A stretch of 32,000 nucleotides of DNA, from contig NZ_CM001976.1 of NCBI RefSeq assembly GCF_000406145.1, positions 4,362,380 through 4,394,379 on the forward strand, in the 5' to 3' direction. Origin of the DNA: Dickeya dadantii NCPPB 898 (lineage in GTDB: Bacteria > Pseudomonadota > Gammaproteobacteria > Enterobacterales > Enterobacteriaceae). A program made the position numbers and the translations under genes. Every line of letters starts with the position of its first letter. Position 1 is the first letter of the stretch. Below are positions 19,952 through 28,562 of the stretch, piece after piece. The notes under the pieces are model-generated. The model saw only the letters and a program-made list of their open reading frames with translations. It did no database searches and was not told where the DNA came from.

Positions 19952-22297
19952 ATGACGAATGCATTAAGCCAGATTATTGCCAGCGAACTGCAGGCACGTA
20001 ACGAACAGGTCAGTGCGGCCATCCAACTGCTGGACGAGGGCAACACGGTTCCTTTTATCGCCCGTTACCGTAAAGAAGTCACCGGCGGGCTGGACGACAC
20101 CCAACTGCGTCAGTTGGAAACTCGCTTGTCTTACCTGCGCGAGCTGGAAGAGCGCCGCCAGACCATCCTCAAATCGATTGAGGAACAGGGCAAGCTGACC
20201 GACGCGCTGGCGACGTCGATCAACACCACCCTCAGCAAAACCGAGCTGGAAGACCTCTACCTGCCTTACAAACCCAAACGCCGCACGCGTGGGCAAATCG
20301 CCATCGAAGCCGGACTGGAGCCGCTGGCGGACAGCCTGTGGAACGACCCGAGCCAGACGCCGGAACTCGTCGCCGAGGCTTACATTAACGCCGATAACGG
20401 CGTGGCCGACGTCAAAGCCGCACTGGACGGCGCGCGCTATATTCTGATGGAGCGCTTTGCCGAAGACGCCGCGCTGCTGGCCAAGGTGCGTGATTACCTG
20501 TGGAAAAACGCCCATCTGGTGTCCCGCGTGGTGGAAGGCAAAGAGGAAGACGGCGCGAAATTCCGCGACTACTTCGACCACCACGAACCGCTGTCGCAGG
20601 TGCCGTCACACCGGGCGCTGGCGATGTTCCGCGGCCGTAACGAAGGCGTGTTGCAACTGTCGCTTAACGCCGATCCGCAGTTTGACGAACCGCCGAAAGA
20701 GAGCCACTGCGAGCACATCATCATCGAGCATCTGGGATTACGTCTCGGCAACGCACCGGCGGACGGCTGGCGGCGCGCGGTGGTGAACTGGACCTGGCGC
20801 ATCAAGGTGCTGCTGCATCTGGAAACCGAACTGATGGGCAGCGTGCGCGAAAAAGCCGAAGACGAAGCCATCAACGTATTTGCCCGCAACCTGCACGACC
20901 TGCTGATGGCGGCGCCCGCCGGCATGCGCGCGACGATGGGGCTGGACCCCGGCCTGCGCACCGGCGTGAAAGTGGCGGTGGTGGACGCCACCGGCAAGCT
21001 GGTGGCGACCGATACTATTTATCCGCACACCGGTCAGGCCGCCAAAGCGGCCACCGTGGTCGCGGCGCTATGCATCAAGCATCAGGTGGAACTGGTCGCC
21101 ATCGGCAACGGCACCGCTTCGCGCGAAACCGAGCGTTTCTTCCTCGACACCCAGAAACAGTTCCCGGACGTAAAAGCGCAGAAAGTCATCGTCAGCGAAG
21201 CGGGCGCGTCGGTGTATTCCGCCTCCGAGCTGGCGGCGCTGGAGTTCCCGGATCTGGACGTGTCGCTGCGCGGCGCGGTATCCATCGCCCGCCGCTTGCA
21301 GGACCCGCTGTCAGAACTGGTCAAGATCGACCCGAAATCCATCGGCGTCGGCCAGTACCAGCATGACGTCAGCCAGACCCAACTGGCGAAAAAACTGGAG
21401 GCGGTGGTAGAAGACTGCGTGAACGGCGTCGGCGTCGACCTCAATACCGCCTCGGTGCCGCTACTGACCCGCGTAGCCGGCCTTACCCGGCTGATGGCGC
21501 AGAACATCGTGAGCTGGCGTGACGAAAACGGGCGCTTCAACAACCGCGACCAGTTGCTGAAAGTCAGCCGCCTCGGCCCGAAGGCCTTTGAGCAGTGCGC
21601 CGGCTTCCTGCGCATCAACCACGGCGACAACCCGCTCGATGCCTCCACCGTCCACCCGGAAGCCTACCCGGTGGTGGAGCGTATTCTAGCCGCCACCGAG
21701 CAGAAACTGCAGGATCTGATGGGCAATGCCAGCGCGCTGCGCAGCCTGAAACCAGCCAGCTTTACCGACGATCGTTTCGGGGTGCCCACCGTCACCGACA
21801 TCATCAAAGAGCTGGAAAAACCGGGGCGCGACCCGCGGCCGGAATTCAAGACCGCCAGCTTCGCCGACGGGGTGGAAACCCTCAACGACCTGCTGCCGGG
21901 CATGATTCTGGAAGGCGCCGTCACCAACGTCACCAACTTCGGCGCGTTTGTGGATATCGGCGTCCATCAGGACGGACTGGTGCACATCTCCTCCTTGTCG
22001 GATCGCTTCGTGGAAGACCCGCATCAGGTGGTGAAAGCCGGTGACATCGTTAAGGTGAAAGTGCTGGAAGTGGATCTGCAGCGTAAGCGCATTGCGCTGA
22101 CCATGCGGCTGGACGAACAGCCGGGCGAGGGCAACAGCCGTCGCGGCAGCGGCGGACGCGAGCGCGACAACGGCAATAATAATGCATCGCGCCCATCGCA
22201 AGCGGGGAACAAGGCTCGTCCGCGCCAGAGCAACGCCCCGGCAAGCGGCAACAGCGCCATGAGCGACGCGCTGGCGGCGGCGTTTAAGAAGCGGTGA
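19952..22297 (+). CDS. yhgF: Transcription accessory protein Tex/YhgF (S1 RNA-binding domain protein)
   Basis: 781 aa with N-terminal [19 protein letters not shown] and a C-terminal S1 domain ([38 protein letters not shown]), followed by a basic low-complexity tail. Confidence 0.93.
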   Translation: MTNALSQIIASELQARNEQVSAAIQLLDEGNTVPFIARYRKEVTGGLDDTQLRQLETRLSYLRELEERRQTILKSIEEQGKLTDALATSINTTLSKTELEDLYLPYKPKRRTRGQIAIEAGLEPLADSLWNDPSQTPELVAEAYINADNGVADVKAALDGARYILMERFAEDAALLAKVRDYLWKNAHLVSRVVEGKEEDGAKFRDYFDHHEPLSQVPSHRALAMFRGRNEGVLQLSLNADPQFDEPPKESHCEHIIIEHLGLRLGNAPADGWRRAVVNWTWRIKVLLHLETELMGSVREKAEDEAINVFARNLHDLLMAAPAGMRATMGLDPGLRTGVKVAVVDATGKLVATDTIYPHTGQAAKAATVVAALCIKHQVELVAIGNGTASRETERFFLDTQKQFPDVKAQKVIVSEAGASVYSASELAALEFPDLDVSLRGAVSIARRLQDPLSELVKIDPKSIGVGQYQHDVSQTQLAKKLEAVVEDCVNGVGVDLNTASVPLLTRVAGLTRLMAQNIVSWRDENGRFNNRDQLLKVSRLGPKAFEQCAGFLRINHGDNPLDASTVHPEAYPVVERILAATEQKLQDLMGNASALRSLKPASFTDDRFGVPTVTDIIKELEKPGRDPRPEFKTASFADGVETLNDLLPGMILEGAVTNVTNFGAFVDIGVHQDGLVHISSLSDRFVEDPHQVVKAGDIVKVKVLEVDLQRKRIALTMRLDEQPGEGNSRRGSGGRERDNGNNNASRPSQAGNKARPRQSNAPASGNSAMSDALAAAFKKR

Positions 22298-22306
22298 TAT
22301 CTCTGT

Positions 22307-22336
22307 CAGGGTTCAGGCTATCGAGCCTGAACCCTG
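22307..22336 (+). terminator. Stem-loop terminator after tex
   Basis: cagggttcaggct-atcg-agcctgaaccctg forms a 13-bp perfect stem 10 nt after the stop. Only a weak T-tract follows (tattc). Confidence 0.6.
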
Positions 22337-22456
22337 TATTCAGGAACGGTGACCGGCGTATCATGTCCGAATGATGTGCGTATGCTAAAGAACAACAATT
22401 TTTATCAAGGCTAGCTGTATGAAAATTATTTTAAATAACTCAAAAGGAAATTACAC

Positions 22457-22918
22457 ATGGATACAGTGGAAGAAATAGGTGGAACATATTTTTATAATGG
22501 GATGATAAATTTAAGCGCAGGAGAATTATTCTTCTGGGTCATGGTTGATGAAACCATGAAACACTTTGGCATTGATGATGCCCTCGCTATGAGCATGATT
22601 CTTTTAGGGCGAAATGATCAAGAGACAAGAAGAAAACCGTCCGGTGCAATAAAAGGAACGTCATTATCTAGCATATACTCCAGGCGAATATTCAAAAAAA
22701 CAAAAATCCCACTGGGAATATCATTACCAACGATTATTGGTGGTCCAATCCAAGGATTAAAGATAAGATTTGTTAGGAACCTAGGGACATTTGTTGGCAG
22801 GACAATACCTGTCTTAGGTTGGGCAATATTAATTTGCGATGTAAGCACCATATCCTATAATACTGTACGACACTACAATCAGATAGCCAGAGGAGAGGAT
22901 AAACTATATGGAAATTAA
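22457..22918 (+). CDS. Uncharacterised 153-aa basic protein (STM2901-family-like); candidate toxin/effector
   Basis: AT-rich ORF with an AAGGAA SD 8 nt upstream. It contains GTYFYNG..LSAGELFF, a basic stretch (RRKPSGAIKG..SRRIFKKTK), and Gly/hydrophobic segments ISLPTIIGGPIQGL and TIPVLGWAILICDVSTI. By hand count it has 18 K/R and 13 D/E. The family assignment is from memory only. Confidence 0.7.
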   Translation: MDTVEEIGGTYFYNGMINLSAGELFFWVMVDETMKHFGIDDALAMSMILLGRNDQETRRKPSGAIKGTSLSSIYSRRIFKKTKIPLGISLPTIIGGPIQGLKIRFVRNLGTFVGRTIPVLGWAILICDVSTISYNTVRHYNQIARGEDKLYGN

Positions 22919-23243
22919 CAAGAAGGAAATAATAAACTTGGTAAAGAGACACGCTGGAGTGTCAATAACCCCATATCAAAAAGAAATAACAGAGGAAAGT
23001 ATAATAAACTCAGATTTTGATTTTGATGATGATGAGATACAGGCATTGATGTCTGATTTCTTTAAAGAATTCGACGTCACTCCAGATAATTTTAATGTGA
23101 AAAATTATTATTATGATTATTCAGATTATAGCTTTCTATCTCTTTTAAACCCTTTTAAAAAGATAGAAAAACCAGAATTAAAAATATTATCTGTAGCAAT
23201 GCTTATAGAATCTGCAAGATTAGGGTGCTGGCTTTACGACTAA
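22908..23243 (+). CDS. DUF1493-like 111-aa acidic protein (ACP-like fold family); candidate immunity/partner protein
   Basis: It overlaps the upstream ORF by 11 nt, and an AGGAGAGG SD lies inside the upstream ORF. By hand count it has 21 D/E and 12 K/R, with no signal peptide or TM segment. The C-terminal LSVAMLIESARLGCWLYD resembles the DUF1493 (PF07377) C-terminus as I recall it. Confidence 0.7.
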   Translation: MEINKKEIINLVKRHAGVSITPYQKEITEESIINSDFDFDDDEIQALMSDFFKEFDVTPDNFNVKNYYYDYSDYSFLSLLNPFKKIEKPELKILSVAMLIESARLGCWLYD

Positions 23244-23307
23244 CCTCCGAAGTGCATACTATACCCATCATGTTTCAAATTTCAGTTTAGGGTATATGTT
23301 TCGGAGG
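23244..23307. terminator. Imperfect long hairpin between the convergent DUF1493-like gene and hcp (bidirectional terminator candidate)
   Basis: cctccgaagtgcatactataccc (23244-23266) pairs imperfectly with gggtatatgtttcggagg (23290-23307). The loop and flanks are AT-rich. Confidence 0.45.
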
Positions 23308-23334
23308 CCATTAGAAATAATATTAATCTATTCG

Positions 23335-23811
23335 TTATATCCCATCATGCCAGATACTATAACCAGAAGTACCTGCAGCTTTATGCGACCAAGATATGCT
23401 CTTATATTTAAGCATAATCTCTTCATACGGGATTGATTCTGTATTATTTATAGAGTGTGGATACGATGAAGATACAGATACTACTCTGGCATCAGCCAAT
23501 GTTAATTCATAAAAAACTTCCAACTTCCCAGCAGAATTCGTTCTATAGAAGAAAAAATGTGCCGTTAGTTTTTCATTTGAGGTAATGGAAACCCCTAAGA
23601 GCGGAGAGGATTTATCGATAGGCTTTACTAATTGTATCGGATGATGAGCTACATTATCATCTCGTGTTATAGTATGGTTCAATCCTAATACCTGTATCTG
23701 ATCTTCATGTCCAGACTGATAACGATTACCGATAGAATCTATAGTAGAACAGCCAGAAGAAATTAATCCCTGCTGATCACCTTCCAAAGTTAGGTAAATA
23801 AGATATGACAT
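23335..23811 (-). CDS. hcp: Type VI secretion tube protein Hcp (TssD), orphan copy
   Basis: 158 aa. YLTLEGDQQGLISSGCSTIDSIGNRYQSGHEDQIQVL ... KPIDKSSPLL ... FYRTN..G..E.FY ... SWSHKAAGTSGYSIW matches the Hcp family pattern. An AAGGA SD is present, and the composition is AT-rich. Confidence 0.88.
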   Translation of the reverse strand: MSYLIYLTLEGDQQGLISSGCSTIDSIGNRYQSGHEDQIQVLGLNHTITRDDNVAHHPIQLVKPIDKSSPLLGVSITSNEKLTAHFFFYRTNSAGKLEVFYELTLADARVVSVSSSYPHSINNTESIPYEEIMLKYKSISWSHKAAGTSGYSIWHDGI

Positions 23812-23868
23812 TTGACATCCTTTTTTCTATTCAATCATCCACGTGTAATACTTTCTTTTAAAACTAGC

Positions 23869-23897
23869 ATTACATCGAACTGATTTAAATACAGCAA
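23869..23897 (-). promoter_or_regulatory. Candidate sigma70 promoter for hcp
   Basis: On the - strand: TTGCTG (-35, 23897-23892), a 17-nt spacer, then TGTAAT (-10, 23874-23869), about 55 nt upstream of the hcp ATG. This rests on sequence pattern only. Confidence 0.35.
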
Positions 23898-23966
23898 CCG
23901 AATCGCAGAGATCCTTGTATTACAATCCCCGCATTTTGATAAACCATTCTCATTAATCTACCGCAT

Positions 23967-24740
23967 CTATAGACTTTCCCCCACAAACCCCACCACATGC
24001 TCCACAAACGCTTCCGGATGGGAGATAAACGGCGCGTGGGCGGCTTTTGGTATTACCACGGAAGTAGAGTGCGGGTACTGTTCGTCCATCAGCGCGGCGA
24101 CTTTGCGCGGCACCAGCCCGTCCAGCGCGCCGTAAAGGCGCAGGAACGGCATCGTCAGTGTGGTCAACGGTTCACGCAGGTCGGTATCGCGCAGAATCCC
24201 CAGCCCGGCGTTCAGCACGTCGGTAGTAGGCGCCGGTTGGCCGGACAGCGCCACTTTCAGCAAGCGGGCGTCTTTTCTGGCGTTTTCGGTACCCAGCGTC
24301 TGCAACGCCAGAAAGCGCTCGATGGTGCCGAGGAAATCGTCGCTCAGCATTTGCTGGAAACCGGATAACACCTGCGGGCGGATGCCCGGCCAGCTATCGC
24401 GCGCTTCAAAGCAAGGGGACGACGCCAGCGTGATCAGCGCATTGACCCGTTCCGGCGCGCTCAGCGCCGCCTGGCTGGCCACCAGCCCGCCCAGCGACCA
24501 GCCTAACCACACCGCCCGCTCCGGCGCCTGCGACAGTACCTGCTGCGCCATATCGGCAAGCGACATCACCCCGAATCCCTGACTCTGCCCATAACCCGGC
24601 AGGTCCACCCGGTGCAGCCTGAAATGCGGGGCCAGCCGCATGACGATGCTGTTCCACACCTGCGAATTCATTCCCCAACCGTGCAGCATCACAAGTTCGC
24701 ATGTTCCTTCCCCTTCCGTTTGCCAGTGCAGTGCTTCCAT
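23967..24740 (-). CDS. bioH: Pimeloyl-ACP methyl ester carboxylesterase BioH
   Basis: 257 aa alpha/beta hydrolase with [14 protein letters not shown] and the nucleophile elbow GWSLGG. It is divergent from gntX, as in E. coli. Confidence 0.93.
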   Translation of the reverse strand: MEALHWQTEGEGTCELVMLHGWGMNSQVWNSIVMRLAPHFRLHRVDLPGYGQSQGFGVMSLADMAQQVLSQAPERAVWLGWSLGGLVASQAALSAPERVNALITLASSPCFEARDSWPGIRPQVLSGFQQMLSDDFLGTIERFLALQTLGTENARKDARLLKVALSGQPAPTTDVLNAGLGILRDTDLREPLTTLTMPFLRLYGALDGLVPRKVAALMDEQYPHSTSVVIPKAAHAPFISHPEAFVEHVVGFVGESL

Positions 24741-24818
24741 GGGTTATGTTGTCCTCCGTCAGAAATGGAATGATTCAGGCCACGCCGCCCGGCATGCCTG
24801 ATGACTCAGGGAAATGCG

Positions 24819-25523
24819 ATGTTGACGATCATGGCACAGTGCTGGCTCTGCCAGCAGCCGCTCTATCATAGTCATCACGGGATTTGCAGTCACTGTCGCC
24901 GTCATCTGCCGCAGCCGGTCGCCTGCTGTCCGCGCTGCGGCCTGCCTTCGGCGTCCGGCACCCTGCCGTGCGGACGGTGCCTACAACAGCCGCCGCCGTG
25001 GCAGTCGTTGCTGTTTGTCAGCGATTATCGGCCGCCGCTGAGCACGCTGCTCAAACGCGTCAAATTTCAGGGGCGCACCGAACTGGCGCCGGCGCTGGCG
25101 CGGCTGATGCTGCTGCAATGGCTGGCACGCCGCCGGGATACCGCCCTGAGCCTGCCCGCCGCGTATCCGCGGCCTGACGCCATCGTCACCGTTCCTCTGC
25201 ACCGACGGCGCCACTGGCGGCGCGGCTTCAACCAGACCGACCTGCTCGCGCGTCTGCTGGCGCGCTGGCTGGGCTGCGCGTATCACCCCGCCGCGCTGGT
25301 CCGCGTGCGTCCTACCGTTCCCCAGCAGACGCTGGGCGCCCGTTCCCGTCGCCGCAACCTGCGCGGCGCGTTCGAGTGTCGGTATGACGTCAATGGCAAA
25401 CGGTTAGTGTTGCTGGACGATGTGGTGACCACCGGCAGCACGGCGGCGGAAGTCAGCCGGGCCTTACGCCACGCCGGCGCGCGGCAGGTTCAGGTGTGGT
25501 GTCTATGCCGCACCTTGTCGTAA
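24819..25523 (+). CDS. gntX: DNA utilization protein GntX/ComF (PRTase-like competence protein)
   Basis: From the ATG at 24819, MLTIMAQCWLCQQPL aligns with E. coli MLTVPGLCWLCRMPL. It has Cys-pair zinc-finger motifs (CWLC, CSHC, CPRCG, CGRC) and the PRTase motif VLLDDVVTTGST. Confidence 0.9.
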   Translation: MLTIMAQCWLCQQPLYHSHHGICSHCRRHLPQPVACCPRCGLPSASGTLPCGRCLQQPPPWQSLLFVSDYRPPLSTLLKRVKFQGRTELAPALARLMLLQWLARRRDTALSLPAAYPRPDAIVTVPLHRRRHWRRGFNQTDLLARLLARWLGCAYHPAALVRVRPTVPQQTLGARSRRRNLRGAFECRYDVNGKRLVLLDDVVTTGSTAAEVSRALRHAGARQVQVWCLCRTLS

Positions 25524-25579
25524 CCGCCGGGATGGGCGTATTATAACCAACTGGCGTAGTCAACTATTGAGTTAACATT

Positions 25580-26155
25580 ATGATTCGTATTACCGACGCT
25601 GCTCAGGAGCACTTTGCCAAGCTGCTGACCAAACAGGAAGAAGGCACCCAGATCCGTGTCTTCGTCATCAATCCCGGTACCCCGAACGCCGAGTGCGGGG
25701 TGTCTTACTGCCCGCCCGATGCCGTCGAACCGAACGATACCGAGCTAAAGTTTGAGAAACTGTCTGCCTACGTGGACGAACTCAGCACGCCGTATCTGGA
25801 AGACGCCGAGATCGACTTCGTGACCGACCAGTTAGGTTCTCAGCTGACGTTAAAAGCGCCGAACGCCAAGATGCGCAAAGTCGGCGACGACGCTCCGCTG
25901 ATGGAGCGCGTGGAGTATGTGCTGCAATCTCAGATCAACCCGCAGCTGGCCGGTCACGGCGGCCGCGTAACGCTGATGGAAATCACTGAGGAAGGTTACG
26001 CCATTCTGCAGTTCGGCGGCGGCTGCAACGGCTGTTCCATGGTGGATTACACCCTGAAGGAAGGCATCGAAAAAGAGCTGTTGCAGAAATTCCCGGAGCT
26101 GAACGGGGTGCGTGACCTCACCGAGCATCAGCGCGGCGAGCACTCCTATTATTGA
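25580..26155 (+). CDS. nfuA: Fe/S cluster biogenesis protein NfuA
   Basis: 191 aa. [16 protein letters not shown] is an A-type-like N-terminal domain, and the C-terminal Nfu domain carries CxxC (GGGCNGCSM). Confidence 0.96.
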   Translation: MIRITDAAQEHFAKLLTKQEEGTQIRVFVINPGTPNAECGVSYCPPDAVEPNDTELKFEKLSAYVDELSTPYLEDAEIDFVTDQLGSQLTLKAPNAKMRKVGDDAPLMERVEYVLQSQINPQLAGHGGRVTLMEITEEGYAILQFGGGCNGCSMVDYTLKEGIEKELLQKFPELNGVRDLTEHQRGEHSYY

Positions 26156-26240
26156 TAGGGCGTCACGCCGATATTGATAGGACGTCACGCCAATATCGAT
26201 AGAACGTCATGCCGATAATTGATAGGACGTCATACCGCTC
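26152..26240 (+). repeat. 22-bp tandem repeat x4 (TTGATAGGRCGTCAYGCCRATA) starting on the nfuA stop codon
   Basis: Copies at 26152-26173, 26174-26195 (20/22 identical), 26196-26218 and 26219-26240 (3' end diverged). Each contains the near-palindrome GRCGTCAY. Confidence 0.9.
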
Positions 26241-28550
26241 GGATGCCATGATGCGGTACGGCGCTTACCTGATGCGAAGCTGACGATAGGTTCCGTCGAG
26301 CCGGTTTTGATTATCACGGGCGGCCAGTCACCTGACCGCCCGTCGTTTTTCCCGGCGACGCTCACTCGCCACTCAGGCTTTTTTCGTTTCTTTTTTCGTT
26401 TCTTTTTTTTGTCTTCTTTCTTCGTCTCTTCTGGCTTCTCATCACCTGCCGTTTTCACCGTTTTCCGGGTCCGCGACGGCACCGGTCCGCCACGGCGCAA
26501 ATCGATATCCCGAATCAGCCGCTCCAGATAGCGGTCGGTAAAAATGGAATCCAGCGAACGGCTCAGCTTGCGCCGCCAGTTGGGATATTCCTGATGAGTG
26601 CCCGGCACATTCACCGGCGTCGCCATGTCCAGCCAGTCCTCAAGCTGCAATCCCAGCAGCGCGCTGGCGCTGTCGGCCAGATAGCGCTGCACCCCACGGT
26701 TAAGCTGGGCGCTCATGGTCGTGAGCGAGGCATTACGCCCGACCCGCTGCGGCAGCAAGCCTTGCTCATGCAGGGCGTCAAGCAGCCCCTGCTTGGCGCT
26801 TTCCCGCGCGTCGTGCTGCTGTTGCAATAATGCGTCGGTGGGATACAGCCCAAGATCCTTGCCCAGCGTCAGGTCGACGCCCTGCCAGTAGCCACGCAGC
26901 GTCGCCAGATCATGGGTGGTGATGGTCGCCATTGAGCGGGGCGGATACGCGTCCGGCGCGCGAAAACGATCGTGCTGATCCTTTTCAAAAAACAAGCACC
27001 TTATAGGAATAAATACTGTTGTCAGGCAGTTTATTGACGATCTCCTCCGGCACCGTCCCCAGATCCTCGCCGATCACCAGACAGCGATGACGATGGCTTT
27101 CCAGCGCCAGGATCCCCAGCAGGTCATCCACCGGATACCGCACATAGGCGCCGTGGGTAGCGGTGTGGCCGTTCAGAATCCACCACAGCCGCAGCAGCCC
27201 CATCACATGGTCGATACGCAGCGCGCCGCTGTGCGCCATATTACTGCGCAGCAGGTCGATAAACGGCTGATAGCCGCGCTGGCGCAGCAGAATCGGGTGC
27301 ATCGGCGTCAGGTTCCAGTTCTGTCCGCCCGGCCCCAGCGGGTCCGGCGGCGCGCCAAGCGTCACCGACATGCAGTGCAATTGCTGATCGCCCCAGGTAT
27401 CCACGCCGCCCTGCGCCACCCCCACCGCCAGATCGCGGTACAGGCCGATAGGCATGCCCAGTTGTTTGCTGTGGGAAAAACAGGCCGCCAGCTGTTCATG
27501 CGCCAGCCACTGTAGCCAGCAATAAAACCGCACGTCGTCGGCGTGCTCCTGGCGGAATCGCAGCGAGGCGTCGCTGCGCGCGTCGTGGTATTCCCGCGGC
27601 CACTGCAACCAGTCGGCGGCCGGTTGGCCCTGCGTCTTCAGCCACGCCTGCAACGCGTCGTAAGTCGCCTGCTGCAACAGGCTTTCATCGTGGGTTTTCA
27701 GAAATTGCTGGAAGGCGGTCTTGCGCGGGTCCAGTGCGTTGCGGCGATTGAAGTGATTGAACGCCAGCCGCAGCGCCGTCAGTTTCAGGCTGGTGACCGC
27801 GGCGTAATCCACCCAGCGGCTGGCACGGGCGGCGGTCAGCCGCCGCTGAACGTCGTCCTGTTTCCACCACTCGCCGGCGGCATCGCTCTGATGAAAATCA
27901 TCCACCTGATTCACATCGATATAGATAACATTCAGCCAGTTGCGCGATGACGGGCTGTACGGGCTGGCGGCCTCCGGCTCTGCCGGATAAAGCGCGTGCA
28001 ACGGGTTAAGGCCGACAAACGCGCCTCCCCGGCGCGCCACCTGTTCCACCAGCGTTTTCAGGTCGCCGAAATCGCCGATCCCCCAGTTATCCGACGAGCG
28101 CAGGGTATAAAGCTGCACCATGACGCCCCACCAGCGTTTGCCCTGCGTCAGCGGGTCCGGTTCGTAACACCGCGCCGGCGCCACAATCACCCGGCACGGC
28201 CACTGCTGTTCGCCCTGCGTCAGTATCAACTGGTGATAGCCGAGCGGCAGGTTGTCCGGCAACGCCAGCTCCGCCTGCCCGGTCGATCGCCCTTCGATGA
28301 TGCCGCCTTTTTCATAGGTGAGCGTCCAGCCATACTCGCCCTCGTCGCGCAGCGGCAACTTATTCTGTTGCCCCTGACGGAACACGCACACCGAAGGCAA
28401 CGGCGCTACCGCCGGATCCGCCACATCAAGCAGTTGCAGCAGTTTATCGCGGGTTTCCTGGTCTATCGCCTGTTCATTACCGTAAGCATCTTTATAGGTA
28501 TCAGCGATCCCCGGATGTTGGGGTACAGATTTTTTTGCTTTCAACGCCAT
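26207..28550 (-). pseudogene. malQ: 4-alpha-glucanotransferase (amylomaltase) MalQ, with the frame broken at a T6 run (26987-26992) and a 92-codon non-homologous Lys-rich tail
   Basis: The upstream part (28550-26985) matches E. coli MalQ through ...SIYSYKVLVF and then hits TGA. Homology continues in the +1 frame (FEKDQHDRFRAPDAYP...THDLATLRGYW...NWRRKLS). A T5 run would restore KVLVFEKDQH. A sequencing error cannot be excluded. Confidence 0.7.
26316..26350 (+). terminator. Rho-independent terminator of nfuA
   Basis: acgggcgg-ccagtcacctga-ccgcccgt forms an 8-bp stem, followed by cgttttt. It is oriented for the + strand only and lies inside the extended malQ reading frame. Confidence 0.65.
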
Positions 28551-28562
28551 GGTATTGATTCC

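Noticed and set aside
22618-22851. 77-aa antisense ORF inside the 153-aa island gene
   Set aside because: It is fully contained opposite a better-supported ORF that has an SD and a coupled downstream gene. It has no SD of its own.
22337-23966. Calling the AT-rich island an integrative mobile element
   Set aside because: No integrase, transposase, tRNA attachment site or flanking direct or inverted repeats were visible. Only compositional and synteny evidence supports acquisition.
26307-26531. 74-aa Phe-rich + strand ORF across the polypyrimidine tract
   Set aside because: It is an artefact of the T-rich strand opposite the Lys-rich malQ tail. It has no SD and crosses the nfuA terminator.
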